Under the pieces are notes generated by a model. It saw only the letters and a list, made by a program, of their open reading frames with translations, was not told the DNA's origin and searched no databases. Of a DNA stretch of 64,000 bases, positions 1-9,006 are shown piece by piece. Each line of letters starts with the position of its first letter. Position 1 is the stretch's first letter. The position numbers and the translations under genes are program-made. Origin of the DNA: an uncultured Patescibacteria group bacterium (GTDB lineage Bacteria > Patescibacteriota > Microgenomatia > UBA1400 > PJMF01); NCBI GenBank assembly GCA_905478415.1, contig CAJQIG010000002.1, positions 186,699-250,698 of the forward strand, in the 5' to 3' direction.

Positions 1-21
1 ACCGAAACAACGTATCTAGCT

Positions 22-1356
22 ATGCAGGGACTTTCTGTCGAGAGAAGGTCTGCTATTTTGCTTGGAATTTTAAGAAGTTTTCAGCAGCATGCTGGTTCTC
101 AGCTGCTTTGGCAGCACATGGTTGTGGATGTATTGATGCAGTTTGTCTCTGGAACAAAGTTGCTACAGATGGATGTTTTTATTCCCGAAGAATTCAAGCT
201 ATTAGCTCTCTCAGCCAAAGAAAACATGCCTCCTACCAGTAAGTTTTTTGTGAGAGATGCTTTGAAAGCATCAGATAGGTTGGGAGAGTATACGGGGATT
301 GGTCCCTCTCGAGCTGCAGCATCAACAGCTACAGTGCATCCATTGCAAAAAGTAGAAGATGCACCAGGAGAGTACAGCGCTGTATCTAAAACAATCCACG
401 AACATGCGGAGGCACACTTGGATGAAGAGTTTGCAGCATTCCGAGGAGCACTGACCTACCTAGCTCAAGAACTGGGTCTGCAACTGAACGTAGAGGGAAT
501 ACTCCAAGAGTTGCAGCAGCTTGTAAGGGTTGAACTGGATCCATTTGTTGAGTCGGCAAATACCAAAGTACTTCGTAAGTTGCGCAGTCGTCATACAGCT
601 GATTGGGTGCAAGTGCCAGAGATTATTTTTCGTTCTGATAAGCATATCGAGATGAGTATGGCGCCAGGCTATTCACTTCAGTCATTATTGGAAGGTGATG
701 TGCCCGAACAATATAAGCAAGTTAATTGGAAACAAGTATGTTTCTTGATAGTCAGGGATTACTTTCAGCAAGTGTTTGAGTTTGGCATGTTTAATGCTGA
801 TGAACACGCGGGGAATGTATTTGTTCGTTTAAAAGCGTCTTTAAAAAAGCTCATAAAGAGTTCTTCTGCAGACGAATCACCACCTGTAACAGTAATTGAT
901 CATGGGGCAGTGGGGTTTGCTGGATCTCAAGAGAGAAAGAAAGTGTTCTTTTTGTTTGGACTCGGGTTCGAACTTCAGGATGAGTCGATGGTATCCGAGG
1001 CTCTTTTTAACATACTCACAAATAGTGAGTTCAAATCTGCAGAGGCAGTGAAACAACGATTACGAGAATTGCCTGGAACGTTATTTGAGAATGCAGTTGA
1101 ACTACTTGTGCTTTCAGGTAAGGGTGCGGACCTGATTTTATTTGCCAAAGGATTGGCAGCTTTATTTCCACTCATCGAAAAGTTAAGTTTATTTGACAAA
1201 ATGCGAATTGCTATGCCGTATATTCGCAAACTTGGTTTAGAGCCGACGCTCATTAGAAATACTGGTTCTTTAACTCGGTCAGTACTTTCACAAGTATTAA
1301 CAGGTATTCGAGAGAAAAAACAATCATCTCTTGATAAGAACAAAAGTAAAACATAA
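22..1356 (+). CDS. ABC1/UbiB-family atypical kinase-like protein (reading frame is open to the window start, so the N-terminus is probably missing)
   Basis: FGMFNADEHAGNVFV resembles the ABC1/UbiB GFFHADPHPGN motif; VIDHGAVGF resembles the DFG region. No stop codon lies upstream in frame. Confidence 0.45.
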   Translation: MQGLSVERRSAILLGILRSFQQHAGSQLLWQHMVVDVLMQFVSGTKLLQMDVFIPEEFKLLALSAKENMPPTSKFFVRDALKASDRLGEYTGIGPSRAAASTATVHPLQKVEDAPGEYSAVSKTIHEHAEAHLDEEFAAFRGALTYLAQELGLQLNVEGILQELQQLVRVELDPFVESANTKVLRKLRSRHTADWVQVPEIIFRSDKHIEMSMAPGYSLQSLLEGDVPEQYKQVNWKQVCFLIVRDYFQQVFEFGMFNADEHAGNVFVRLKASLKKLIKSSSADESPPVTVIDHGAVGFAGSQERKKVFFLFGLGFELQDESMVSEALFNILTNSEFKSAEAVKQRLRELPGTLFENAVELLVLSGKGADLILFAKGLAALFPLIEKLSLFDKMRIAMPYIRKLGLEPTLIRNTGSLTRSVLSQVLTGIREKKQSSLDKNKSKT

Positions 1357-1526
1357 AAGTATGTAGTAAATATGCATTGTTTTTTTTAAAAACATGCGCT
1401 ATAGTTCCAAAAGTATGTATAACTTTGTTTGCTTTACCAAGCGCCACACTATTCAACTCTCAATTACAAGGGGTTGCGCTGTGGAAGTTGGAAAATAAAA
1501 CAACAAAGAAACACAACAAAGCGCGC

Positions 1527-1552
1527 AACCTCCTAAAACAGGAGGTTTTTTA
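1527..1552 (+). terminator. rho-independent terminator (cctcc-aaaaca-ggagg followed by T6)
   Basis: 5-bp GC stem followed by tttttt. Confidence 0.5.
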
Positions 1553-2232
1553 ATAGTAAAAAGTAGCTGCGCGCGAGGAAAGGAAGTATGAAAGATGGCG
1601 AACACATGCCATATTCACCCGAAGGATTGAAAGCATTAGCTTCAACCTTGAAGATTCACAAGTCTCTTCTATGGTTCGATGCCACTAATAGCCGGATTGC
1701 CTTCGCTCAACTTCCATCGCGCGAGTATCAACAAAGCTACGAAGAGGAAGAAGAGTAGCTGAAGGGCAAACTCTTTAGCTGTGCCAAGAGGGCACAGTAG
1801 ATAAAATGAGATGCGCAGTAGCAAGAGTAGAATATGAAAGGGATTGTATCGGTCGGGCGCGTCGCGCCAAGCAAGAGGCTTGGCGCAGTACGCCTTCACT
1901 CTGAGCTTTGTGACAGAGAAGATGATTAACTTGGAACACTTAGAACAAGGCACGAACTATTCATTACTGGGGGGCGACCCCACAGGTGAGTTGTATGTAT
2001 TGTTTACTGGCATTGTTGGTGAAGAAAACGACTCACTCATAGATGACTTTATTGCAGTTGGGATCATTCGATCTTTGCTTCAAAGTGGAGAGTATGTAGC
2101 TATTTCACTGGATACAGAAAATACTGAAACCTCAACTAATTCTTTTGAAGAAATGCGCTCTATGCAGTAGTGTGATATACTAGAACCTAGAATGTATAGA
2201 CGAAATAGAACCACGACCACCTCAACTATCAG

Positions 2233-2295
2233 CCCCATGTAGGGAAGAGAGGTTTCGTGTCAAAAAGCAGCTCTCCCACATGGGGGAGTTTTTAT
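2233..2295 (+). terminator. long hairpin plus T-run in the thrS upstream region (terminator or attenuator)
   Basis: ccccatgtagggaagagag pairs with ctctcccacatggggg, followed by ttttt; sits ~60 nt upstream of the thrS start. Confidence 0.45.
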
Positions 2296-2358
2296 TAGAC
2301 ACAAGTCTATTTTATTAATTGTTCAGAATGAACTATACTATCCAAGAAGGAATCACAC

Positions 2359-4143
2359 ATGTCAGACGCACATAACCACAATCACAACCACCTAGCAGAA
2401 CTCGAAGCTTTGGCTCAACTCCGTCACTCTGCCGCTCATTTACTTGCAGCCGCAGTACTCGAACTGTATCCTGATGCCAAACCAACTATTGGTCCAGCAA
2501 CTGATGATGGTTTTTATTACGATTTCGATTTTAGTGAGCCAATCTCAGAGAATGACTTACCTAAAATTGAGAAAAAAATGAAAGAGCTCGTCAAACATTG
2601 GCGAGAGTTTTCTCACCAAGTTGTAACTGCCGATGAAGCCCTAGAACTCTATAAAAAGAACGAATATAAGTCTGAACTTATTCGAGAATTTGCTGGAGAG
2701 AATAGAACACTCACACTCTACATGGCTGGCAATTTCACAGATCTTTGTCGAGGTGGGCACGTTGAGAGTCCTAAGAAAGAACTCAAATTTTTTAAGTTAC
2801 TCTCACTAGCTGGTGCCTATTGGCGTGGGAGCGAAGAGAACAAAATGTTGACTCGTATTTATGGAACTGCTTTCTTCAGCAAAGATGAACTCAAAGAAAA
2901 CCTGCAAATGCGAGAGGATGCAAAAGCTCGTGATCATCGAAAACTGGGTAAAGAACTAGGATTATTTGTCTTTTCGGATACTATTGGCAAAGGTCTGCCG
3001 CTTTGGACAGAAAAGGGGACAACAATCCGCCGAGAACTGGAACGCTTTATTACTGACGAAGAAATTCGTCGTGGTTATAAGCATGTGATGACTCCTGATA
3101 TTGCTAATCTTGATCTGTATCGAAAATCTGGTCACTATCCGTACTACAAGGATTCGATGTATGCGCCAATCAAAATTGAGGATGAAGAGTACATGCTTCG
3201 GCCAATGACCTGTCCACATCATTTTGAGTTATATTCTTCGGCTCCACATTCGTATCGAGAATTGCCAATGCGTATTGCCGAACTAGCTAAGTTGTACCGC
3301 TACGAGCGTTCTGGCGAACTATCTGGATTGATTCGTGTCAGAAGCTTCTGTTTAGCCGATTCTCACATCATCTGTAGCAAAGACCAAGCTAAGGCCGAAA
3401 TTAATGGTGTTCTGGACCTGATAGAGTATATTTCAAGTGTCTTTGGTCTCGAAAAAGGTAAAAACTATTCATATCGCTTGTCACTCGGTGATCGCTCAGA
3501 TGAAAAGAAGTACTTTAAGGATGACGCTTCGTGGGATTTTGCCGAAAAAGTGCTTCGTCAGGTTCTGATTGAGCGAGATGCTGTGTATGTTGAAGCCGAA
3601 GGAGAAGCTGCTTTCTACGGGCCAAAAATTGATGTGCAGATGCGTAATGTTAATGGAAAAGAAGACACAGCTTTTACGGTTCAGTACGACTTTGTTATGC
3701 CAAAGCGATTTGACCTTAAGTTTACAAATGAAGCTGGAGAGGAGGAGCAGCCAGTAGTGGTTCACAGATCTTCGATTGGTGCGATCGAGCGCAGTATTGC
3801 GTTTTTGATCGAACACTATGCCGGTAAGTTCCCGGTTTGGCTTTCGCCAACTCAGGTAAGCATCTTGCCAATTTCTGATAATTATTTGGAGTATGCCGAA
3901 GAAGTCAAAATTGCACTGGCTCGACACAATGTGCGCGTTCACCTTGATGACAGGTCGGAGCGACTCCAAGCCAAAATTCGCCATGCCCAGATGGAACAGA
4001 TTCCGTACATGCTGGTTGTCGGTGAAAAAGAAGTTGCCGATGGCACGGTGGCCGTGCGTCACCGAGACAAAAAAGAGCAGCAAGTGATGAAAATTGCCGA
4101 CTTTGTTTCCTTGGTAGTTTCTGAAATTGCTGAAAAGAAGTAA
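2359..4143 (+). CDS. thrS: threonine--tRNA ligase, short form lacking the N-terminal TGS/editing domains
   Basis: 594 aa; class II aaRS catalytic core and C-terminal anticodon-binding region; His/Asn-rich N-terminus (HNHNHNH). Confidence 0.9.
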   Translation: MSDAHNHNHNHLAELEALAQLRHSAAHLLAAAVLELYPDAKPTIGPATDDGFYYDFDFSEPISENDLPKIEKKMKELVKHWREFSHQVVTADEALELYKKNEYKSELIREFAGENRTLTLYMAGNFTDLCRGGHVESPKKELKFFKLLSLAGAYWRGSEENKMLTRIYGTAFFSKDELKENLQMREDAKARDHRKLGKELGLFVFSDTIGKGLPLWTEKGTTIRRELERFITDEEIRRGYKHVMTPDIANLDLYRKSGHYPYYKDSMYAPIKIEDEEYMLRPMTCPHHFELYSSAPHSYRELPMRIAELAKLYRYERSGELSGLIRVRSFCLADSHIICSKDQAKAEINGVLDLIEYISSVFGLEKGKNYSYRLSLGDRSDEKKYFKDDASWDFAEKVLRQVLIERDAVYVEAEGEAAFYGPKIDVQMRNVNGKEDTAFTVQYDFVMPKRFDLKFTNEAGEEEQPVVVHRSSIGAIERSIAFLIEHYAGKFPVWLSPTQVSILPISDNYLEYAEEVKIALARHNVRVHLDDRSERLQAKIRHAQMEQIPYMLVVGEKEVADGTVAVRHRDKKEQQVMKIADFVSLVVSEIAEKK

Positions 4144-4166
4144 CTTTTGTATAGAATTGAATAAAA

Positions 4167-4197
4167 AAGCCTCGACGCGCTGCGTCGGGGCTTTTTA
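4167..4197 (+). terminator. rho-independent terminator after thrS
   Basis: gcctcgacgcgctgcgtcggggc hairpin followed by ttttt. Confidence 0.6.
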
Positions 4198-4220
4198 CTG
4201 TGTACTACATAATTAAGACA

Positions 4221-4250
4221 AAAAAACGCCAAGGTAGATCCTTGGCGTTT
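4221..4250 (-). terminator. terminator for the minus-strand small membrane gene
   Basis: acgccaagg-tagat-ccttggcgt hairpin with A-run (T-run on the minus strand). Confidence 0.5.
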
Positions 4251-4260
4251 GACATACGTA

Positions 4261-4584
4261 TTATTGATAAAGTTGGCAGACGGCGACTTCGTCACCGATC
4301 TGCCAGGTGCAGACGCCAGTGACATCCTGGTCACTGGTCGAGACAACAAATTGTCTCAGGATAACTTCACCGTCACCGCTCGGTAGAACGGTTTTGTACA
4401 AAGTTACCGCGTTTTCAGAAACTGAAACTCCTGTTTCCTGCTCGAAGAATGTAGCAACTTGAGCCTTGTCAGGTTCGAGCTGACTGACTTGAGATAGAAT
4501 AACAACAGACCATATTCTGATTCCAATAAGAGCCAGTAGCAATACTACAATCAATCCAATCAAGAGGTCTCGTCGATTATACAT
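4261..4584 (-). CDS. small membrane protein (N-terminal TM helix)
   Basis: hydrophobic segment LLIGLIVVLLLALIGIRIW; 107 aa. Confidence 0.4.
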   Translation of the reverse strand: MYNRRDLLIGLIVVLLLALIGIRIWSVVILSQVSQLEPDKAQVATFFEQETGVSVSENAVTLYKTVLPSGDGEVILRQFVVSTSDQDVTGVCTWQIGDEVAVCQLYQ

Positions 4585-4747
4585 ATTTCTTCATCCCTTT
4601 ATCCAATTTTAAAAAAACTGGGTAAATAAATACGTTTATTAAAGAGTGGCTATTCCAACTTAAATTAAAATAATACAAGTTGAAACAACATCCTATATTA
4701 TATACAAAAATGACAAAAAGTCAAGTGAAATAAATAAAAATGACAGA

Positions 4748-4780
4748 GAAAAGCCCCAGCATGATTGCCGGGGCTTTTTA
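4748..4780. terminator. hairpin terminator (agcccc...ggggct) at the end of the 4789..5606 minus-strand operon
   Basis: GC stem with T-run on the plus side and a T-rich tract on the minus side. Confidence 0.45.
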
Positions 4781-4788
4781 ACAAGTAA

Positions 4789-5211
4789 CTAATCATCGGT
4801 GGTACACACCATTTTTTCGCGGCGCGTACCCCAAATGCATGTACCAATAATTTTATTTCGACCTTCTACATGCACTTCGAAGTCCTGGGAACAGCTGTTG
4901 CCGCCGGTGATTTGGTGGCATGCTTGTTCTAGAAGCACAACGTTCTCAGGCTCGATACCATAATTGGTATACCTTGTCTCGTTACCTAGATAGGTAGCAA
5001 TCCTGGCTTCATTTGGCATTTGGCCAAAGTAGTTACTGACTGCGTTTGTGACAAAGAGTGTTCCTAGTAGGGCGGCCAAAATAATCGAAAGAATAAAGAG
5101 TCCAACGGCTAGATCTTGAACAAACCACTGCCAAATTTTTTGAATTTTGACTTGGCCTTTTTCAAGAGTCTTTAAAACTTTCAGTTTTAACTCATATTTT
5201 TTTTGTTTCAT
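4789..5211 (-). CDS. hypothetical membrane protein
   Basis: one TM segment; overlaps the upstream gene by 4 nt (ATGA), implying translational coupling. Confidence 0.4.
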   Translation of the reverse strand: MKQKKYELKLKVLKTLEKGQVKIQKIWQWFVQDLAVGLFILSIILAALLGTLFVTNAVSNYFGQMPNEARIATYLGNETRYTNYGIEPENVVLLEQACHQITGGNSCSQDFEVHVEGRNKIIGTCIWGTRREKMVCTTDD

Positions 5212-5606
5212 GATTCCTCCAAAAAAGCTAGAACGCCAGGTTTCTGGCGTTGATTAAAATCGTCAATAAAGCACCTTGGAATCGCATAGCTTCCAGTAGT
5301 GCATACACCAGTTGAGTAAGTGTCATCGGTGAAGATGACGTCGAACTTGACTTGGCAGATTTTTTGAATAGTATTTTTTCCATCTAGTTTGCAGTGCCAG
5401 TCAGATTGAAAGGCAATATGTTTTACTAGAAGGGAAGGATTCTCTTCAATCTTTTCTAAATTCTCATTCAAAAGCAGTTCTGCTTGCTGTTCAGTCAGCG
5501 GATGGACTTCGACCAGGGTATACGATAGTAATCCTTGAAAAAGCATCCCAGTACAAAAGAGAATCAGAGCCCACATATGGGGCTCATATTTTTTGAAACG
5601 AGCCAC
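5208..5606 (-). CDS. hypothetical membrane protein
   Basis: N-terminal TM helix; first gene of a two-gene minus-strand operon. Confidence 0.4.
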   Translation of the reverse strand: MARFKKYEPHMWALILFCTGMLFQGLLSYTLVEVHPLTEQQAELLLNENLEKIEENPSLLVKHIAFQSDWHCKLDGKNTIQKICQVKFDVIFTDDTYSTGVCTTGSYAIPRCFIDDFNQRQKPGVLAFLEES

Positions 5607-5776
5607 GAGGGCCTCCTTTTGTTTTTTTATAGTTACTTGTTAAAGAAAAACATTACAATTGGGTTGTGAAACACAACTGTAATGTCCTATATTATATATT
5701 AGGAATCATTTTTATTCAAGCAATGGCTTGGAAAAAGACCTATGGTACAATTTGTTTCGTAATTATTTGGAGTTTC

Positions 5777-6640
5777 ATGCAAGAAAATAAAAAAATACTT
5801 TCTATTGGTTCACTGGTTATCGATAGAATTAACGGTAAGAAAAGACCTGGTGGAGAGGCTACTAATGTAGCGGTCAATACACAACGGTTAGGAGTAGATG
5901 CTTCGTTGTTAACAGTTGCTGCGCGCAGCCCAGAGTCGGTTGTGTTGCAGGAGGAAATTGAGGCTTTGGGTGTTTCATTTTTTGCATTATCACAGGTTTT
6001 AGAAAAACTTCCAGAATGTCACATCTATATGGGTGCAGATGGGAAAGAAGAAGGATATGATTGGATTGATAATGGTTTAGAAAGTGCTTATGCAACTTCT
6101 GAAGTTCCTGTTTCACTTGTTCAAGCATACCAAACAGTTTATTTAGCAGCTTGTGAACCAGGATTCGCGTACCGTGTTTCTCAACAGGTGCAATCTCATC
6201 AAACTGTCGTTTTTAATCCTGGCACAAGAATATATGAAGATCCAGGCATGTTTATGCAGACACATAGGCAAAGCTCTATCACATTTATGAATCAATCGGA
6301 GTTCGATCATTTGCAGGTTAAAAAATATGTTAGGACAGAAGAGGATCTTTTATATTCTTCAGAACAGATGGTTATTATTACGGCTGGAAAAAATGGAGCT
6401 CGGTTAGTAACTAAAGAGGGCATAAAAAACTATCCAGCTCAGTTGGTGCCAGCTATTGATGAAACGGGAGCGGGTGACTCCTTTGCTTCTGCAGTGATTT
6501 GGGCTTTAGGTAGAGGTTTAGAAATGGATGCGGCAATGGTCTCAGCAAGCATACTAGCATCACTCGTTGTTCAAAGGGTTGGAGCGCAAATAGATGCAGA
6601 AACGGCTGCTCACTTTATACAGCAAATTGTGAATCAGTAG
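5777..6640 (+). CDS. PfkB-family carbohydrate/ribo-kinase (start placed at an internal ATG)
   Basis: C-terminal DETGAGDSFASAVIWAL matches the PfkB signature 2 (DTxGAGD). Confidence 0.6.
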   Translation: MQENKKILSIGSLVIDRINGKKRPGGEATNVAVNTQRLGVDASLLTVAARSPESVVLQEEIEALGVSFFALSQVLEKLPECHIYMGADGKEEGYDWIDNGLESAYATSEVPVSLVQAYQTVYLAACEPGFAYRVSQQVQSHQTVVFNPGTRIYEDPGMFMQTHRQSSITFMNQSEFDHLQVKKYVRTEEDLLYSSEQMVIITAGKNGARLVTKEGIKNYPAQLVPAIDETGAGDSFASAVIWALGRGLEMDAAMVSASILASLVVQRVGAQIDAETAAHFIQQIVNQ

Positions 6641-6655
6641 TTACTGGATCAAATT

Positions 6656-7423
6656 TTATGTTACGTGTAAGGGGTGTTCAATTGGTGTGTTAGCCAATAT
6701 TTCAATTACTTGTTGGTAAGTGTGATCAATGTTTCCGAACTTTGGTGTAATTATTTGAATGATTCCATTTTTTTCAAGCAAAGCACAATGAGCTTGATCA
6801 GCTTTTCCTTCAGCAACGCGGATGACTTGTTTTTCTGGAGAGTCTGTGGCTCGTTTTTGTAATGTTTTCTGAGTAAAATTTTCATCGGTGGGTACAACTC
6901 CAACCTTAATGGCTTGGGGAAGAAGGTATTCAACTTCACCTTCTATGCGGTTGGGAGGGGACTCCATAATGAGTTTTTTATTCGCTGCTAATAGTGAATA
7001 AATAATATCGATATCATATGCATAGGCATTACCATAGGCAGTCACAATTAAAAACAATTTTCCTGTTCCTTCCAGAATGTAGAGTTCATCATGAGATATT
7101 CCATATGAGCCTTTCTCGATTTCACCAGGTCTTATGGGTTGTCGAGTGGTGACGTATGGTGCTTCTTGGAAGCCAACTGTGTGTTCTAAAAAGGAGATCA
7201 AGGTGCCTTTTCCAGCTCCAGATGGGCCGGTAATGAGAATAACTTGATTACTTCTTTTTTGTATAAATGATATTTTTTCTTTGAGTTCAGTGGTTATTTT
7301 CTCAAGAGTTAGCATTTCAACTTGGTTGAGTAGCTGAGTGATAAAGTCAGGTCCAAGTGCTAAGAGTCTTTGATCAGTGAGGATATCTGCAGATTGTAGA
7401 GTAATAGGTTTTATTTCTTTCAT
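6656..7423 (-). CDS. gmk: guanylate kinase with an N-terminal extension
   Basis: ITGPSGAGKGTL P-loop; YVTTRQPIRPGE resembles the Gmk TTRxPRPGE motif. Confidence 0.65.
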   Translation of the reverse strand: MKEIKPITLQSADILTDQRLLALGPDFITQLLNQVEMLTLEKITTELKEKISFIQKRSNQVILITGPSGAGKGTLISFLEHTVGFQEAPYVTTRQPIRPGEIEKGSYGISHDELYILEGTGKLFLIVTAYGNAYAYDIDIIYSLLAANKKLIMESPPNRIEGEVEYLLPQAIKVGVVPTDENFTQKTLQKRATDSPEKQVIRVAEGKADQAHCALLEKNGIIQIITPKFGNIDHTYQQVIEILANTPIEHPLHVT

Positions 7424-7463
7424 AGTTGAGGATTATACCAGATAATTTTAAAATCCTATAGTT

Positions 7464-7492
7464 TTGACAAAAGGATCGACAAACTGTATAAT
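7464..7492 (+). promoter_or_regulatory. sigma70-type promoter (TTGACA-17-TATAAT)
   Basis: exact consensus hexamers upstream of the 7585 gene. Confidence 0.55.
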
Positions 7493-7584
7493 TTACGCAT
7501 CAGGTATGTACAATATCTGATTTTTCTTTAACATTCAAAAAAATTGTACGTAAATAGTTTTTTTACCTTCATAAGGAGATAACC

Positions 7585-8988
7585 ATGAGTCAAATGTACG
7601 ATGTAATTATTGTAGGAGCAGGCCCCGGCGGAATGTTCGCAGCAATGGAGTTAATTGGAAAAGGACTCAAGGTCCTTATGTTGGAGCATGGCCGACCGTA
7701 TGCAAAACGGTTGGAATGTCCAATTATGGATTTGGGGCATGAACGATGCCCTGGGTCTGGTTGTGGCGGCAGTTGTAATGTGATAAGCGGGTTTGGTGGT
7801 GCGTTCACTCAACGAAGTGGGGGTACTCTAAGTATGTATCCTGCAGGATCACATCTGTTGAACTATTTTCCTTCAGAGAAAATTTTGATTGCTCGGTACA
7901 ATGAAGTACTGGGTGTTTGGAAAAATTTTGCTGATGGAAGAATGAAATTAGAAGGGGATATCCCCAAAGAGAAGATTTATCGTTTTGGACATGATGTTTC
8001 TCTACAAGGTGGGGTATATAAGCACTGGCAAGGATATAAAATGTCCCGAGAAGTGTTGAATCAAACCACCCAGAAGATGGAAGAACACATTAAGAATGGT
8101 ATCGAAGTAGCCCACAGGAAATCAGTTACTAAAGTTGAAAAACAAGGCAAAATCTGGCATCTCTACTGTGCAGATGGCACAGAGTATATGTCAAAATCTG
8201 TCTTGTTTTCTACTGGTCGAAAAGGCAACTCAGTTGTCTCTCAGATATTAACTGAAGCTGGTATTCAATATGCTCGCTCATCAATCGATATCGGCATTCG
8301 CCTTGAAATCGATGAAGGAATTATTGATCACTTGGCTGAAATTCATCCAGATGTCAAAATTAAATTTGATGTTCATGGCCATGAAGTCAGAACGTTTTGT
8401 TTCTGTCCTGGTGGTCGGATGGCGGTCTTTTCTCAAGACCCAGTTGACGAGATCAGTTGGCAACGCATGCTGTTTTTAGAAGGCTATATTGGCCTTGCCG
8501 AGAGTAGTGGTCGAACTAACATGAGTTTCTTGCATCGGCTGAGTTTTGAAAATTCCGAACAAGTTTGGGATTTTCAGCGCAAGTTTGAGGGTAACTACCA
8601 GAAAATGGGAGGTGTCCCAATTGCGCAGCGGTACACCGATTTGGGTAAACCAGTGTTTCGGGCTCTGCCAGATGGACACACTCTCTCTGTATATCGGATT
8701 GGTGGAGTCATGAACGTGATTCCCAATGATTCTGGTGAAAAAATTCTTGAAGCAATGCGTCGGTTTAACCGACTCATGGGTGGTAAAGTCCTCACGGATC
8801 GCGCTGTCCTCATTGCTCCCGAATTGGGAAACTTTTGGCCAGAGGTAGTCGTGAACAATGATTTTCAGACTTCGCGCGCCGGCATGTTTATGGCTGGCGA
8901 TGGCTTAGGATTTACTCGTGGCGCTTTGCAAGCATCCCTGACGGGAACTGCAGCAGCTCGTGGTATTCAAAACTATCTGTCAGCATAG
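7585..8988 (+). CDS. FAD-dependent oxidoreductase (COG2509-like)
   Basis: N-terminal DVIIVGAGPGGMFAA dinucleotide-binding motif; 467 aa. Confidence 0.6.
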   Translation: MSQMYDVIIVGAGPGGMFAAMELIGKGLKVLMLEHGRPYAKRLECPIMDLGHERCPGSGCGGSCNVISGFGGAFTQRSGGTLSMYPAGSHLLNYFPSEKILIARYNEVLGVWKNFADGRMKLEGDIPKEKIYRFGHDVSLQGGVYKHWQGYKMSREVLNQTTQKMEEHIKNGIEVAHRKSVTKVEKQGKIWHLYCADGTEYMSKSVLFSTGRKGNSVVSQILTEAGIQYARSSIDIGIRLEIDEGIIDHLAEIHPDVKIKFDVHGHEVRTFCFCPGGRMAVFSQDPVDEISWQRMLFLEGYIGLAESSGRTNMSFLHRLSFENSEQVWDFQRKFEGNYQKMGGVPIAQRYTDLGKPVFRALPDGHTLSVYRIGGVMNVIPNDSGEKILEAMRRFNRLMGGKVLTDRAVLIAPELGNFWPEVVVNNDFQTSRAGMFMAGDGLGFTRGALQASLTGTAAARGIQNYLSA

Positions 8989-9006
8989 CTGGCAAAGGAG
9001 AACCTT

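Noticed and set aside
1253-2170. Small ORFs 1253-1456(-), 1669-1953(-), 1844-2170(+)
   Set aside because: They overlap each other on opposite strands in a hairpin-rich intergenic region with no RBS or recognisable motifs. Not called; 1844-2170 remains possible, since a terminator follows it.
2233-2295. T-box riboswitch in the thrS leader
   Set aside because: No specifier loop or T-box sequence (AATTAGGGTGGTACCGCG-like) found. Only a simple long hairpin followed by a T-run.
2962-4083. Antisense or alternative-frame ORFs inside thrS (2962-3222, 3496-4083, 3569-3757, 3893-4087)
   Set aside because: They lie entirely inside a high-confidence conserved gene. Typical shadow ORFs.
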